Assembly (NCBI GenBank): GCA_017452265.1
Contig: JAFTMS010000023.1
Coordinates: 22,856 to 86,855 of the forward strand
Direction of reading: 5' to 3'
DNA length: 64,000 bases
Origin: Bacteroidales bacterium
GTDB lineage: Bacteria > Bacteroidota > Bacteroidia > Bacteroidales > UBA932
This document shows, piece by piece, positions 35,213-44,737 of this stretch (position 1 is the first letter of the stretch; the number at the start of each line of letters is the position of its first letter). Under the pieces are notes generated by a model. It was not told the origin of the DNA. It saw only the letters and a list, made by a program, of their open reading frames with translations, and did no database searches. The translations under genes and the position numbers were made by a program.

Positions 35213-37387
35213 TTAGAATGCAAGTGATACGGAAAGTGACCATGTACGGGCTTGCTGATGGGAGCCATAGTCCATTCCGAGATTGAAGCCGCCGGAAGCA
35301 TATGTGTCCACGTCGGGAGTCCATCCGGAATAATCCGTCAGGGTGAGGACATTTCCGGCACAGAGACGTACATTCAGGCTCCTTACGATGCGGGACCACG
35401 ACACAGGCACGTCGCATGAAAGAGCGATCCGGGCGAGGCGCACGAAGTCTCCGTCCTCTATATACTCCGGAGTGACTGAGGAAGCCCTGTCGACATACAT
35501 CCTGTTGAGATTCAGTATATCATGTCCTGCAGCGCCGTCCACAACGGCATCCAGACGCATCATCTTCCAGCGGAGGGAGGTGCAGACCGAACCATATCCA
35601 TTCGGAACGGGATTCTCAACCACGAAGGCCGGGCCGGTATGGCTGTGGTCATTATATGTGCCTGTCGCCGTAAGAGACCACTCCCAGCCGCCGCGCCTTA
35701 CGGGCACTGCCGTCAGGGAAAGTTCATATCCACGGTTGTCAAGCATATATTCATGGCTTGCGGCCTCTTCACGAGGGGCTTCCCTCCAGAGTCCGTCCTC
35801 ACCTTCGGCACCGAAACGGTAAAGCGTCATCATGTCCTGCGTGCTGCGCATGTAATGCCCTGCTTCAACCATGATCCTGTCTCCAAGCAGGCCTATGGAA
35901 AGAGACGCATCGGCCTCACGGGTGTGCAGACGGCTGAATCCTTCATAGAAAGCTGCCAGTTCACCCGGCACATCCGCATACTCTTCAGGAGAATACTCCC
36001 CTATCCCGGAATACGGGACAAAGGTCAGACGTCCGCTTTCACCACAGCCTGCCTCAATCCGCAGGGAGGACACGGCCTCCGAAGACGGGAAGAAGGTCTC
36101 GCTCAGATCCCACCACAGATTCACTCCCGGATACAGGACAGCTCCGTCATCATACCTCGGAGTCTTGTCTGCCCGGACCATGGTCGAAAGTCCTGCCATG
36201 GAAGCTAAGGAATATGAAGCCCCGGCAAAGGTCCCGAATGTAGACCACCTTTCCCTGTACTGGTCTATGACGGCCTTGGAGGCCATCACGTTGAGCGACC
36301 TGACCCTCAGATCGTGCAGGAAGAAATCTGAACCTCTTTTGCTGTCGTGCTTGTCCATGCGTACGAGGGCCTGGATTCCGGCATACACATTCAGATGATG
36401 CCTTTCGGCAAAATAGCGGGCGTAGTTCACACGGGCAGATGCATTGAGGCCGAACATCGTGGAAGTGTGGATTTCCGCAGCGCCGTTCATGGAGCGTCCG
36501 TATGCGGTGCCGTTGCCCCACCAGAAGCTGCGCACCATGTTCCGCCAGTCCGCCCCGAAGTCCGCATCCACGGAGAAGCCGCCGAAAGGTCTTACGGACA
36601 GGCTGAACGATGTCACTGCCCTGTAGTCGAGGCAGTCGTCGTCATAATCCTCGGTCCACGGAGTCGCTGCGGCATATATGTCACGCATGGCGATGGTCTG
36701 GGACTCGGTGCCGTATTCCGTCACACCCGCAGCAGAAGAGCGTCTGCCCACGGAAAGCGCCGAATTGAAGCCGAACCACACGGCTTGGGAGGCCTTTGTC
36801 GAGAATGAGGCCCTCAGTCCGCCATAGCGCCTTCCGTCGGAAGGAAGCAGATATCGGCCGTCACTGAAATGGCCGCCGAGGGAATAGGAAGTCCTGTCCT
36901 TTGACGCACCAGTGGAAAAGGCATGTTCATGATGAAACGTCGGACGGGCATATCCCGAATGGGTCGGTTCATAAAGCCTCAGGTCCGAATTCCATGTCAA
37001 TGAAGCTTCTCCGGCCGGCCTGTCCTTGGTCTTTATCACGACGACGCCGTCCGCACCCCTTGAACCGTACATAGCTGTGGCTGACGCACTTTTCAGCACG
37101 TCAACGCTCTCTATCTCATGCGCGGAAAGGAAGGACAGAGGATCGATGTCCGTCCACGGAGAAGAGCCTAGCATGGCACCGTCCACTATATACAGAGGCG
37201 AACCGCTTCCGTGGAGGGAATTCACTCCCCTGACCCTTACCTGCAGGGCCGAGAATGCATTGCCGTCCTTTGAGGACACCCTCACGCCTGCAGTCCGCAA
37301 CGAATCCTGCAGGAAGTTCTGAGCCTCGGCGCCAAAGGCGAGGCATACCAGGAGCACGGCAGATGTCAGAAGTCTTTTCATGGTCAT
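35213..37387 (-). CDS. Shortened SusC-like TonB-dependent receptor
   Basis: Signal peptide runs directly into plug motifs (VRVRGVNSL, PLYIVDG, LKSASATAMYGSRGADGVVVIKTK); SusC-like C-terminus; about 724 aa. Confidence 0.8.
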   Translation of the reverse strand: MTMKRLLTSAVLLVCLAFGAEAQNFLQDSLRTAGVRVSSKDGNAFSALQVRVRGVNSLHGSGSPLYIVDGAMLGSSPWTDIDPLSFLSAHEIESVDVLKSASATAMYGSRGADGVVVIKTKDRPAGEASLTWNSDLRLYEPTHSGYARPTFHHEHAFSTGASKDRTSYSLGGHFSDGRYLLPSDGRRYGGLRASFSTKASQAVWFGFNSALSVGRRSSAAGVTEYGTESQTIAMRDIYAAATPWTEDYDDDCLDYRAVTSFSLSVRPFGGFSVDADFGADWRNMVRSFWWGNGTAYGRSMNGAAEIHTSTMFGLNASARVNYARYFAERHHLNVYAGIQALVRMDKHDSKRGSDFFLHDLRVRSLNVMASKAVIDQYRERWSTFGTFAGASYSLASMAGLSTMVRADKTPRYDDGAVLYPGVNLWWDLSETFFPSSEAVSSLRIEAGCGESGRLTFVPYSGIGEYSPEEYADVPGELAAFYEGFSRLHTREADASLSIGLLGDRIMVEAGHYMRSTQDMMTLYRFGAEGEDGLWREAPREEAASHEYMLDNRGYELSLTAVPVRRGGWEWSLTATGTYNDHSHTGPAFVVENPVPNGYGSVCTSLRWKMMRLDAVVDGAAGHDILNLNRMYVDRASSVTPEYIEDGDFVRLARIALSCDVPVSWSRIVRSLNVRLCAGNVLTLTDYSGWTPDVDTYASGGFNLGMDYGSHQQARTWSLSVSLAF

Positions 37388-39252
37388 TTTCTTTTGAGTG
37401 TGGTCACAAGAGGGACGGCTTCTCCGGCCGGTATCTCCACTTCGTAACCGCATATATACGTACCTTCATTCGGGGCGTCGAGATGCTTGAGGACGCTGTC
37501 ATAGTCCTGAGGGTCGGAAGACCATGTGCGGTAGTCCACCTTGGCACCGCTTGTGGAGAGAAACATCGTGATACCGTTTTTCGTGAGCAGAATCCCCTCC
37601 TGAGTCACCTCCGGTACGGCCTCCGTCACCATCGTCCATCTGAGACGGACAGGAGCATCCCCGAAGGCCTCCACCTCATCCTTCACCTCCAGATATCCGC
37701 CGTCCACGATGGCAGCCGTCCTCACAGCTGAAGCTACATCGCCCCAGAAAAGATCGGTGAGATCGAACGACGCGCCCATCCTCTCTCCGGACGTGAAGGT
37801 GGCGGTCATCGGGACGAAGGCCTCGACATCATGGTCCGCGCCGTTGACCGTGAGCGTATTGTGCTGGCGGCAGTTCAGCCGGAAGAGCCTCCAGCGCAGC
37901 GAGTTCTGCTCCATGTCGGCAAGGCGGCCGCCCAGTTCCTTGATGCCGTTCTCGACGGATGCATAAGGCTGGCGGTTGTAGTCCATGGCCCAGCGGACAC
38001 CATAGGCGTCGAACACGAAAGTGCCTGCATCCATATGACCGTGCAGATAGCTGTCGGTGCCGCCCTTGATGCCGAGATACAGGTCCTTCTTCTTCCAGCC
38101 TGTCCTGCACATGAACATCGGAGTCTTTCCCCTGCCGGCATATGTGCACTCCGAAGGCTCTGGAATCTCACTCTGAGGCATTCCCATAGCATACCTCAAG
38201 GCGAGAGGCATGAGGCCCCGATGGTCCGGTGTCTCGTATTTTTCAGTCCCCAGAAGCTTCACTTCATCATAGAGCAGAGACGGGTTGCCCGTTTCCGATG
38301 CGAAATACCACAGCGGATAATTTGCACCGCAGCCGGACGAATTATCCGCAAAATTGAAATGCTTTCCGGTGCAGCCTCTGCTGAACGTCTTGAATGTGCC
38401 TGTCTCCAGAAATCCCGGAGCGGCGCTCAGACCGAAGTCAGTACCGAGGCAGTCCTCCATGACGGTCAGCATGAGCACCTGATACAGCGTGCCGAAGCCC
38501 CAGTAGGTCGGACCTTCGGGATATGCGCCGTCCGGGCCGTATATTCCCTTGACTGCCTTCATGTTGGAAGTGACGGCATCCTCTATTATCCTGCGGGCCG
38601 TTTCGGGATGATGTTCATATGTGGCAAGGGCGGCGCACACCAGGCCAGAATTGCAGACCTGATTCCAGTTGCCGACCCTTTTGTAGAACCACGCGTGGGA
38701 CTTGTTTCCTGCCGCCTGCATGGCATACTCGTCGAGTACGCGCACTATCCTTGCCTTTGTCTTCTTCTTGAGGTCGTCATGAAGCCAGTCATAGCCTATG
38801 GCCACACCTGCAGCCATTTCAGCGACATCAAGGAAATGCCTCGGATTCCAGCTTTCAAAGCTGCATACGGCATTCAGATCCCGTTCCGCATGTTTCAGAT
38901 ATGCCTTTTCTCCTGTCATTCTGTAGGCATAGGCACATGAGACAATGCGCGACAAGGCCTTGCGCGACACAGGAAGGAGCCTTTTGCCGCTCGCATCAAG
39001 CCTGAACTCAAGCGGTTCCTCATCCAGTCCGTAAGAATCCGCCACAGACATCATATGGTCATGCAGCCTGTCGACCGTACCTTCTTCCGAGTCCTCCAGC
39101 ATGGCCTTCAGACGGTCGAATGACGAGTCATTGAAGATCAGACGCGGATGGTTTTCTGCCGTCAGGGCACTGTAATCCGCATCGCCATCCTGTGCGGCCG
39201 CATTGCCGCACAGGAACATTACGCTTATTATGATGATTGAAACGCTTTTCAT
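37384..39252 (-). CDS. Heparinase II/III-like polysaccharide lyase
   Basis: HPRL, HFLDVAEM, NWNQVCN, YPEGPTYW.FG, FNFAD, HGHMDAGTF, HNTL.VNG. Confidence 0.85.
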   Translation of the reverse strand: MKSVSIIIISVMFLCGNAAAQDGDADYSALTAENHPRLIFNDSSFDRLKAMLEDSEEGTVDRLHDHMMSVADSYGLDEEPLEFRLDASGKRLLPVSRKALSRIVSCAYAYRMTGEKAYLKHAERDLNAVCSFESWNPRHFLDVAEMAAGVAIGYDWLHDDLKKKTKARIVRVLDEYAMQAAGNKSHAWFYKRVGNWNQVCNSGLVCAALATYEHHPETARRIIEDAVTSNMKAVKGIYGPDGAYPEGPTYWGFGTLYQVLMLTVMEDCLGTDFGLSAAPGFLETGTFKTFSRGCTGKHFNFADNSSGCGANYPLWYFASETGNPSLLYDEVKLLGTEKYETPDHRGLMPLALRYAMGMPQSEIPEPSECTYAGRGKTPMFMCRTGWKKKDLYLGIKGGTDSYLHGHMDAGTFVFDAYGVRWAMDYNRQPYASVENGIKELGGRLADMEQNSLRWRLFRLNCRQHNTLTVNGADHDVEAFVPMTATFTSGERMGASFDLTDLFWGDVASAVRTAAIVDGGYLEVKDEVEAFGDAPVRLRWTMVTEAVPEVTQEGILLTKNGITMFLSTSGAKVDYRTWSSDPQDYDSVLKHLDAPNEGTYICGYEVEIPAGEAVPLVTTLKRK

Positions 39253-39276
39253 AAAACCGTCTGTCTGGTGTCATCT

Positions 39277-40695
39277 TTATCTCTTCATCGGAACGGCATC
39301 GCGTTCCATGATGAATACCGGGCTGTCCCACAGCGGCAGACCGCGGAAGGACATTCCTCCTTTACGTGAGGCATATCTGCCGATTTCGCATACACGTCCC
39401 GTCATCGGTTCCACCCACACAGGATCCTTAATGTCAATCCCTTCCACAGTCACATCGGCAGGTTCCTGAGAGACCGAATCACCGGGGATGCTTCCGTTCT
39501 TCCAGAGCATCACGCCGACGTATCTTCCTTCACGGATGAGTCCCGTCACGTTCAGAGGGACATCCGCCTTGAACGTCATGGCGGTGTCTGCCTTCAAGGA
39601 CGGGGTCAGAAGGCTTGCCATGTGGCCTACAGCATGATATGCAGGACGTATCCACACCACTTCACCGTTGAGGTCGGTCTTGAGCAGGCCCTTGTTGTTC
39701 ATCGTATGCCTGTATTCCACATCGGCCATCGTGAATATGTTGGACGGGATGCCCATGCGGAAATCGGTGGCCATGCGGCGCAGGTACCATTTCGCCTGAC
39801 TGTATTCCGTCCATTCGTACTTGCTCAGCGCGAAGGCATGCTGGAGACATGCCGGGCAGCCGTTCTCGCCCTGCAGCATCATGATGTCCGAAGAATATGA
39901 GTGCACAAGGTCCGAGAGAGCCTTTACCGAATCCACGACCGTATCCGGATCCTTCTCATACGGGTGGAAGGTGGCGTAGTCCATCAGGTGGAGGCCGTCC
40001 TCGTCACGGAGCATGTCCATCACACGGCGGGTGAAATTGAGATGTGTTCCTGCAAGGGCAAGACCTGCGATCTTAGCATCGGGATCGACCTCACGGATGA
40101 GCTGGGCCGTCTTCATGAAGAGGGCTGCGTACTTGCGGGCCCTTTCGGGATCCTTTCCGCCGTTGGGCTCGTTCCATATCTCGTACATGCCGACCTTGCC
40201 TCTGTAGCGCGTCACAAGAGTGCGCACGTATGCGAGCCAGCCCTGCATCGTGTCCTCGTCTTCGAAGATGGCCGCATTCAAATCCGTTTCTCCGTTGCCG
40301 TAGATTGTGTTTCCGTAGCTCAGGCTTATCCACGGACGCACGCCCTGTTCAAGGACTCCGTCCACCATCTCGTCCAGCCAGGCGAAGTCGTACTGTCCGC
40401 GTACCTTCTCGGTCTTGGCCCAGCCGCTCTGCATCCGGGCATAGCCCGCTCCCGTGCCTGCGATGAAGCTTCTGTATTCATTGAATACGGTGAAGCCGCG
40501 GTCTACGGTCTCGCAGCCGACTGACCAGAGGGAGCGTCCGCTACCGTCGGGTCTTGCAACCGAAAGCGTGCCGGTCTGCTCTAAAGGTGCGGGAACGGAA
40601 TTGAGTTTCTCCCAGCAGGGGGATGTGAACTTCTGGCCGTGGGCCGCTCCGCAGAGGAGGAGCAGCCCGGCCAGAGATATGAGGGGTCTTTTCAT
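39277..40695 (-). CDS. Clan GH-A glycoside hydrolase (GH39-like)
   Basis: Signal peptide; R.QSGWAKTE...GQYDF.WLD, YEIWNEP (acid/base), TFHPY, QGENG (nucleophile). Confidence 0.75.
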   Translation of the reverse strand: MKRPLISLAGLLLLCGAAHGQKFTSPCWEKLNSVPAPLEQTGTLSVARPDGSGRSLWSVGCETVDRGFTVFNEYRSFIAGTGAGYARMQSGWAKTEKVRGQYDFAWLDEMVDGVLEQGVRPWISLSYGNTIYGNGETDLNAAIFEDEDTMQGWLAYVRTLVTRYRGKVGMYEIWNEPNGGKDPERARKYAALFMKTAQLIREVDPDAKIAGLALAGTHLNFTRRVMDMLRDEDGLHLMDYATFHPYEKDPDTVVDSVKALSDLVHSYSSDIMMLQGENGCPACLQHAFALSKYEWTEYSQAKWYLRRMATDFRMGIPSNIFTMADVEYRHTMNNKGLLKTDLNGEVVWIRPAYHAVGHMASLLTPSLKADTAMTFKADVPLNVTGLIREGRYVGVMLWKNGSIPGDSVSQEPADVTVEGIDIKDPVWVEPMTGRVCEIGRYASRKGGMSFRGLPLWDSPVFIMERDAVPMKR

Positions 40696-40704
40696 GGGAA
40701 GGGG

Positions 40705-42042
40705 TTATTCGGTGTAGGTGAGGACGAGTTTCGTGATTGAAGTGTTCTTGGCGCCTGCATACAGGTAATAACTCTTATTTACCGATGTTTCTGCCAATGA
40801 GAAAGTCTTGGCTTTTGTTGTCTCATCCATCTGCTGATCTGCTGAAATATCTCCACTATTTGTGGCAGTTGATGACACATACATAGTCTTATCACTTACT
40901 ACGTAAGCAATTACAGAGATTAGTTTCTTATCTGCCACTGCCGGAAGTTTGATATATCCTTTACCTGAAGCACTGCTGTTCATCCTTAAATAGCCGTCGC
41001 TCGCATTATAGAAAAATCCATTTTTACTATAAAGAATGAATTCATACGATGCCTCGTTATATTCAAATGTATACGTCTTAGCTTCATCTGTAACGGCATT
41101 GGACGAACCAGCTGGAAGGTCTGTTGTAAACGGCTGAGCACTGAAATCAATTGTCAGTTCCAGAGTGCCCGGCTCCGGTTCTTCCGGTGCAACAAACGTC
41201 AGTTTCGAGTCATCTATGTTCAGCGGGAGAATACTTGCTCTTGCCAATTCAACTGTCTTTTTCGTCGATACCGTAGCAATGCTTCCGTCAGTCTTTGTAT
41301 ACTTTACTGAAAGGCCTTCAAGTGTTCTTGGAATCATGGCAATATAATAGTCACCCGGCTCCATAGCTGTTTCAGATGTCAGGGTCACATAATCAGTCCT
41401 GTCGGACTGTGCGTAAACTGCCGGATATTCCTTGATTACAAGTTTAGACTTGCCGGCAAGATACTGCCCGTCTGAAGCCGTAACAGTCACGGATTTGATA
41501 TCCGATGATGATATGGCGATTTTAACAAGCGTCGTGACATTACGCATAGCGAATTCTTTCTCTGCGCTATATGCTACGGAAACAGCGGCAGAAGGGTCGT
41601 ATGAACCTTTTACTGCTTTCTGTTCTGTAGGAATGACTGCGCCGGTCACCTCCATATTTGATGTCCCCATGACAAACTCATAATCTGCCGAATACGGATA
41701 CACGGCATAATACATGTCCTGGCCGTCCTCAGCGGTTCCCGTGAAATCCACAGAACCTGTAAAGTCGGTCACTGACGACGGTATCGAGAATTCGTTCAGC
41801 GACGTGCCGTCCCAGACACCGAGCTTGTCCGTTGCCTGCCACAGTACAGGCATCTTTCCATCGGCTTCAGCACCGAGCTGGGTCTTTGTGTCCGCACCTC
41901 CTTCGAGAGATGCCGTGAATGTCATTTCCACCCTGCTGTCTGCAGCCGGTTCTTCCGGTACGGCCTTGACGTCCTCCTTTGTGCAGGCCGATGATATTGC
42001 AGCAGCCATGGCTGCGCATAAGAATATTCTAAAAGTCTTCAT
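40705..42042 (-). CDS. Fimbrillin/type V pilin-like lipoprotein with a C-terminal beta-sandwich domain
   Basis: Lipobox SSAC; MTFTAS...DTKT.L...V.W...D.L.V, YYAVYPY, IP.EQ.A..GSYDP; PEEPEP linker. Confidence 0.72.
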   Translation of the reverse strand: MKTFRIFLCAAMAAAISSACTKEDVKAVPEEPAADSRVEMTFTASLEGGADTKTQLGAEADGKMPVLWQATDKLGVWDGTSLNEFSIPSSVTDFTGSVDFTGTAEDGQDMYYAVYPYSADYEFVMGTSNMEVTGAVIPTEQKAVKGSYDPSAAVSVAYSAEKEFAMRNVTTLVKIAISSSDIKSVTVTASDGQYLAGKSKLVIKEYPAVYAQSDRTDYVTLTSETAMEPGDYYIAMIPRTLEGLSVKYTKTDGSIATVSTKKTVELARASILPLNIDDSKLTFVAPEEPEPGTLELTIDFSAQPFTTDLPAGSSNAVTDEAKTYTFEYNEASYEFILYSKNGFFYNASDGYLRMNSSASGKGYIKLPAVADKKLISVIAYVVSDKTMYVSSTATNSGDISADQQMDETTKAKTFSLAETSVNKSYYLYAGAKNTSITKLVLTYTE

Positions 42043-42050
42043 GATTGGTA

Positions 42051-42350
42051 TCAGTTCCATGTTAATTCAGTCGTATCATTTATATTGTAAGCCTCGTGAG
42101 AGCCTCTTCCGTCATGCGGAGTGATGTAGAGCGTGTCGACCGTGGTGACATATATGGTATCTGTCACGGGCACATAAACCGTATCATGCACATACAATGT
42201 GTCTATACGGGAAGAATAGACCGTGTCCGTGTGGAACATATAAAGGGTATCCACACGTGGGACAGCAGGAGCAAGCTCCTCCGAAGGCTTCTCGCACGCG
42301 AATGATGCAAGAGCCACTGCAGCAGCGACAATGATGTATCTTGCCTTCAT
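42051..42350 (-). CDS. Small lipoprotein with DT(L/V/I)Y repeats
   Basis: Lipobox SFAC; six DTxY units in 99 aa. Confidence 0.7.
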   Translation of the reverse strand: MKARYIIVAAAVALASFACEKPSEELAPAVPRVDTLYMFHTDTVYSSRIDTLYVHDTVYVPVTDTIYVTTVDTLYITPHDGRGSHEAYNINDTTELTWN

Positions 42351-42355
42351 GTCCG

Positions 42356-42481
42356 TCACTCGTCAAAGTCCAGCGGGTCACCGACCGTGAAACCTTCATT
42401 GCTTGCACACAGCACGCCTTCCGGCATGATGTGGACGACCTCCGCAACCGGAGGATTGTAGCACTTTTGATTGTCTTTCAT
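42356..42481 (-). CDS. 41-aa peptide MKDNQKCYNPPVAEVVHIMPEGVLCASNEGFTVGDPLDFDE
   Basis: Translated by hand (below the ORF-track cutoff); fills the gap with 21-bp and 5-bp spacing and has an A-rich upstream region. Confidence 0.72.
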   Translation of the reverse strand: MKDNQKCYNPPVAEVVHIMPEGVLCASNEGFTVGDPLDFDE

Positions 42482-42502
42482 GATATCTTGGTTTTTAGTG
42501 TT

Positions 42503-43351
42503 TTATAATCCTGCGCTCGAAAGGAAGCCACCGTCAACCGGTACGGTAATACCCGTGACAAAGCCGGCCGCCTCATCGTCAATCAGAAAGTTGACGCAGC
42601 CGATGAGCTCGCGGGCCTCCCCGAAACGATGCATGGGCGTATTGTAGATTATGTGGCCTCCACGCGGAGTCAGTCCGCCGTCCGGTGTCGTGAGAAGCTT
42701 CCTGCTCCGCTCGTTCACGAAGAACCCGGGAGCGACGGCATTAACCCTTATACCGGCCGGTGCGAGATATGCCGCAAGCCATTGTGTGAAGTTGGAGACT
42801 CCGGCCTTTGCAATCGCATATGCAGGCACACGTGAAAGCGGCCTGTACGTGTTCATTGAAGCGAAGTTCACTATATTTCCGCCACCGGCTTCGATCATGT
42901 CCTCAGCAAAGACACGGGACGGAATGACGGTTCCCATGGTATTGGTACGGATAACGTCCATGAAACGGTCCATGTCGAGGTTGAAGAAGCCTCTGAGGCC
43001 GTCCCTTTCATCTTCGAGCTCCTTAGGGTCGAATTCGTTTATGGTCGTCACCGCATCCAGCTGATTGCCTCCTGCACCGTTTACAAGCACGGTCACAAGG
43101 CCGTAGACCTCATGTACCTTGTCGCGGAGCACCTTCACCTGAGTCTCGTCGTTCACATCGGCAGTCACACAGATGCAGCTGCCTCCGAAGGCCTTGATTT
43201 CCTCTTCAGTCCTGCGGAGCTTGTCGAGAGTACGTCCGACGAGCACGACATTATGGCCCTGACGTGCAAGGTCGACCGCAATTACGGAGCATAGCGTTCC
43301 GCCGGCTCCTGTCACCACTACATTCTTCTTTGCATTCATATGTATATCCAT
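42503..43351 (-). CDS. SDR oxidoreductase, D-mannonate oxidoreductase (UxuB-like)
   Basis: TGAGGTLC, NGAGGN, PLSRVPAYAIAK, GIRVNAVAPGFF; adjacent to uxaC. Start may be 43339. Confidence 0.85.
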   Translation of the reverse strand: MDIHMNAKKNVVVTGAGGTLCSVIAVDLARQGHNVVLVGRTLDKLRRTEEEIKAFGGSCICVTADVNDETQVKVLRDKVHEVYGLVTVLVNGAGGNQLDAVTTINEFDPKELEDERDGLRGFFNLDMDRFMDVIRTNTMGTVIPSRVFAEDMIEAGGGNIVNFASMNTYRPLSRVPAYAIAKAGVSNFTQWLAAYLAPAGIRVNAVAPGFFVNERSRKLLTTPDGGLTPRGGHIIYNTPMHRFGEARELIGCVNFLIDDEAAGFVTGITVPVDGGFLSSAGL

Positions 43352-43354
43352 TAT

Positions 43355-44722
43355 TTATTTTCCATAAATCCAGCTCAGCGCATTGTTGTACGCGATGTCC
43401 GACGCAATCTTTCCGAGATATGCCTCATCGGAAGGGGAATGCCCCCGCAGAGCCTTGTCCGCCATGAAGTTGCAGAGTATCCTGCGGAAGTAGTCATGAC
43501 GCGAGAAGGACAGTACGTTGCGGCTGTCCGTCGTCATGCCGATGAACTGAGGGAGGAGGGAATACGACATCAGACATTCCATCTGCTCCGTCATTCCGAG
43601 GAAGTGGTCGTTGTACCACCATGCCGGGCCGAACTGCACCTTTCCTGCTACTCCGTCTTCGGAATATGAACCCGTCAGGGTCGCGAGGGCGGCATTGTCC
43701 GCAGGATTGAGGGTGAAGAGCACCGTCTTGGGAAGAAGTCCAGCTGCATCCTGAGAGTCCAGGAAGGCACACAGGCTGCGGATGTCGCACGGGCTGCCTA
43801 TCGAGGCATAGCCTCCCGCCGGGCCTGCAAGCGAGCGCAGACGGCTGCTCGTGAAGCGCTGTGCGCCTATATGCAGCAGCATGGCCCAGCCACGCCCCGC
43901 ATATTCGGACGCCAGCCAGCCCAGCACATACGATTTGAGACGCACATCACTGAAAGAGCCTTCCTCATAAAGCCTTGCCGCCGTCTCGTACGGGCACTTC
44001 TCAAAGCGCCAGCCGTCATCGAGTGCATGGTCAGCCACACGGCATCCAGCCGTCGAAAAAGCATCAAGACGCTGTCTCACCAAGAGAAGATACTCCTCCA
44101 GAGAGGCTGCCGAGCATGCTCCTGCCGAAGCACAGAGTCTCTGCATCCATTCCCTGCCGAAACCGAGAATGGAATCAGCCCTCAGCGAAGGGGTCGCACA
44201 GACACCTCCTTTGACGGAGGCATGGACAGACACGTCGTCAAGAAGGTCGTCCGAGGTACTGAGAAAGCGTACGCCGAATCGGCGCAGAATCCCCAGCGTC
44301 GAGAAGCTGTCTTCTGAAAGACGGGCGTTGCAGGCATCCCATACCCTTCCGGCGCTTTCCTCATCCGGCATCTCGTCCAGTCCGAAGACGTTCTTCATCT
44401 CCATTGCCGACCAATGGAAGAGAGGGTTGCCGAGAGTCGACGGAAGGGTGCGTGCCCATGCATCGAATTTAGTTCTTGTGCTGCCCCCCCCTGATATGAA
44501 TTCTTCAGGTTCTCCGTGAAGCCTCATCGCCCTGTGCTTGTAGGGATCCGAAGCCACCCACAGCTCTCCGATATCGGAAAAGCTGCGGTCGGATGCGAGA
44601 TCTGCCGGATTCAGGTGGTTGTGATAGTCCGCAACCGGAAGGCCCTCGACGTAATCGTGATAAAGATTACGGGCGAGAGGGCTTTCCAGGAGGAAATCTG
44701 CATTTATGAAATCTGTCTTCAT
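43355..44722 (-). CDS. uxaC: Glucuronate (uronate) isomerase
   Basis: DYHNHL, DPYKHRAMR, TLGNPLFHW, QFGPAWWYNDH, GMTTDSR..LSF.RHDYFRRILC. Confidence 0.92.
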   Translation of the reverse strand: MKTDFINADFLLESPLARNLYHDYVEGLPVADYHNHLNPADLASDRSFSDIGELWVASDPYKHRAMRLHGEPEEFISGGGSTRTKFDAWARTLPSTLGNPLFHWSAMEMKNVFGLDEMPDEESAGRVWDACNARLSEDSFSTLGILRRFGVRFLSTSDDLLDDVSVHASVKGGVCATPSLRADSILGFGREWMQRLCASAGACSAASLEEYLLLVRQRLDAFSTAGCRVADHALDDGWRFEKCPYETAARLYEEGSFSDVRLKSYVLGWLASEYAGRGWAMLLHIGAQRFTSSRLRSLAGPAGGYASIGSPCDIRSLCAFLDSQDAAGLLPKTVLFTLNPADNAALATLTGSYSEDGVAGKVQFGPAWWYNDHFLGMTEQMECLMSYSLLPQFIGMTTDSRNVLSFSRHDYFRRILCNFMADKALRGHSPSDEAYLGKIASDIAYNNALSWIYGK

Positions 44723-44737
44723 AAGATGGAGTTGAAA

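Noticed and set aside
37831-38940. Long antisense or alternative-frame ORFs (also 30887-31954, 44516-45763, 45788-46705, 27634-28461)
   Set aside because: Shadows of well-supported genes in GC-rich DNA, with no recognisable motifs.
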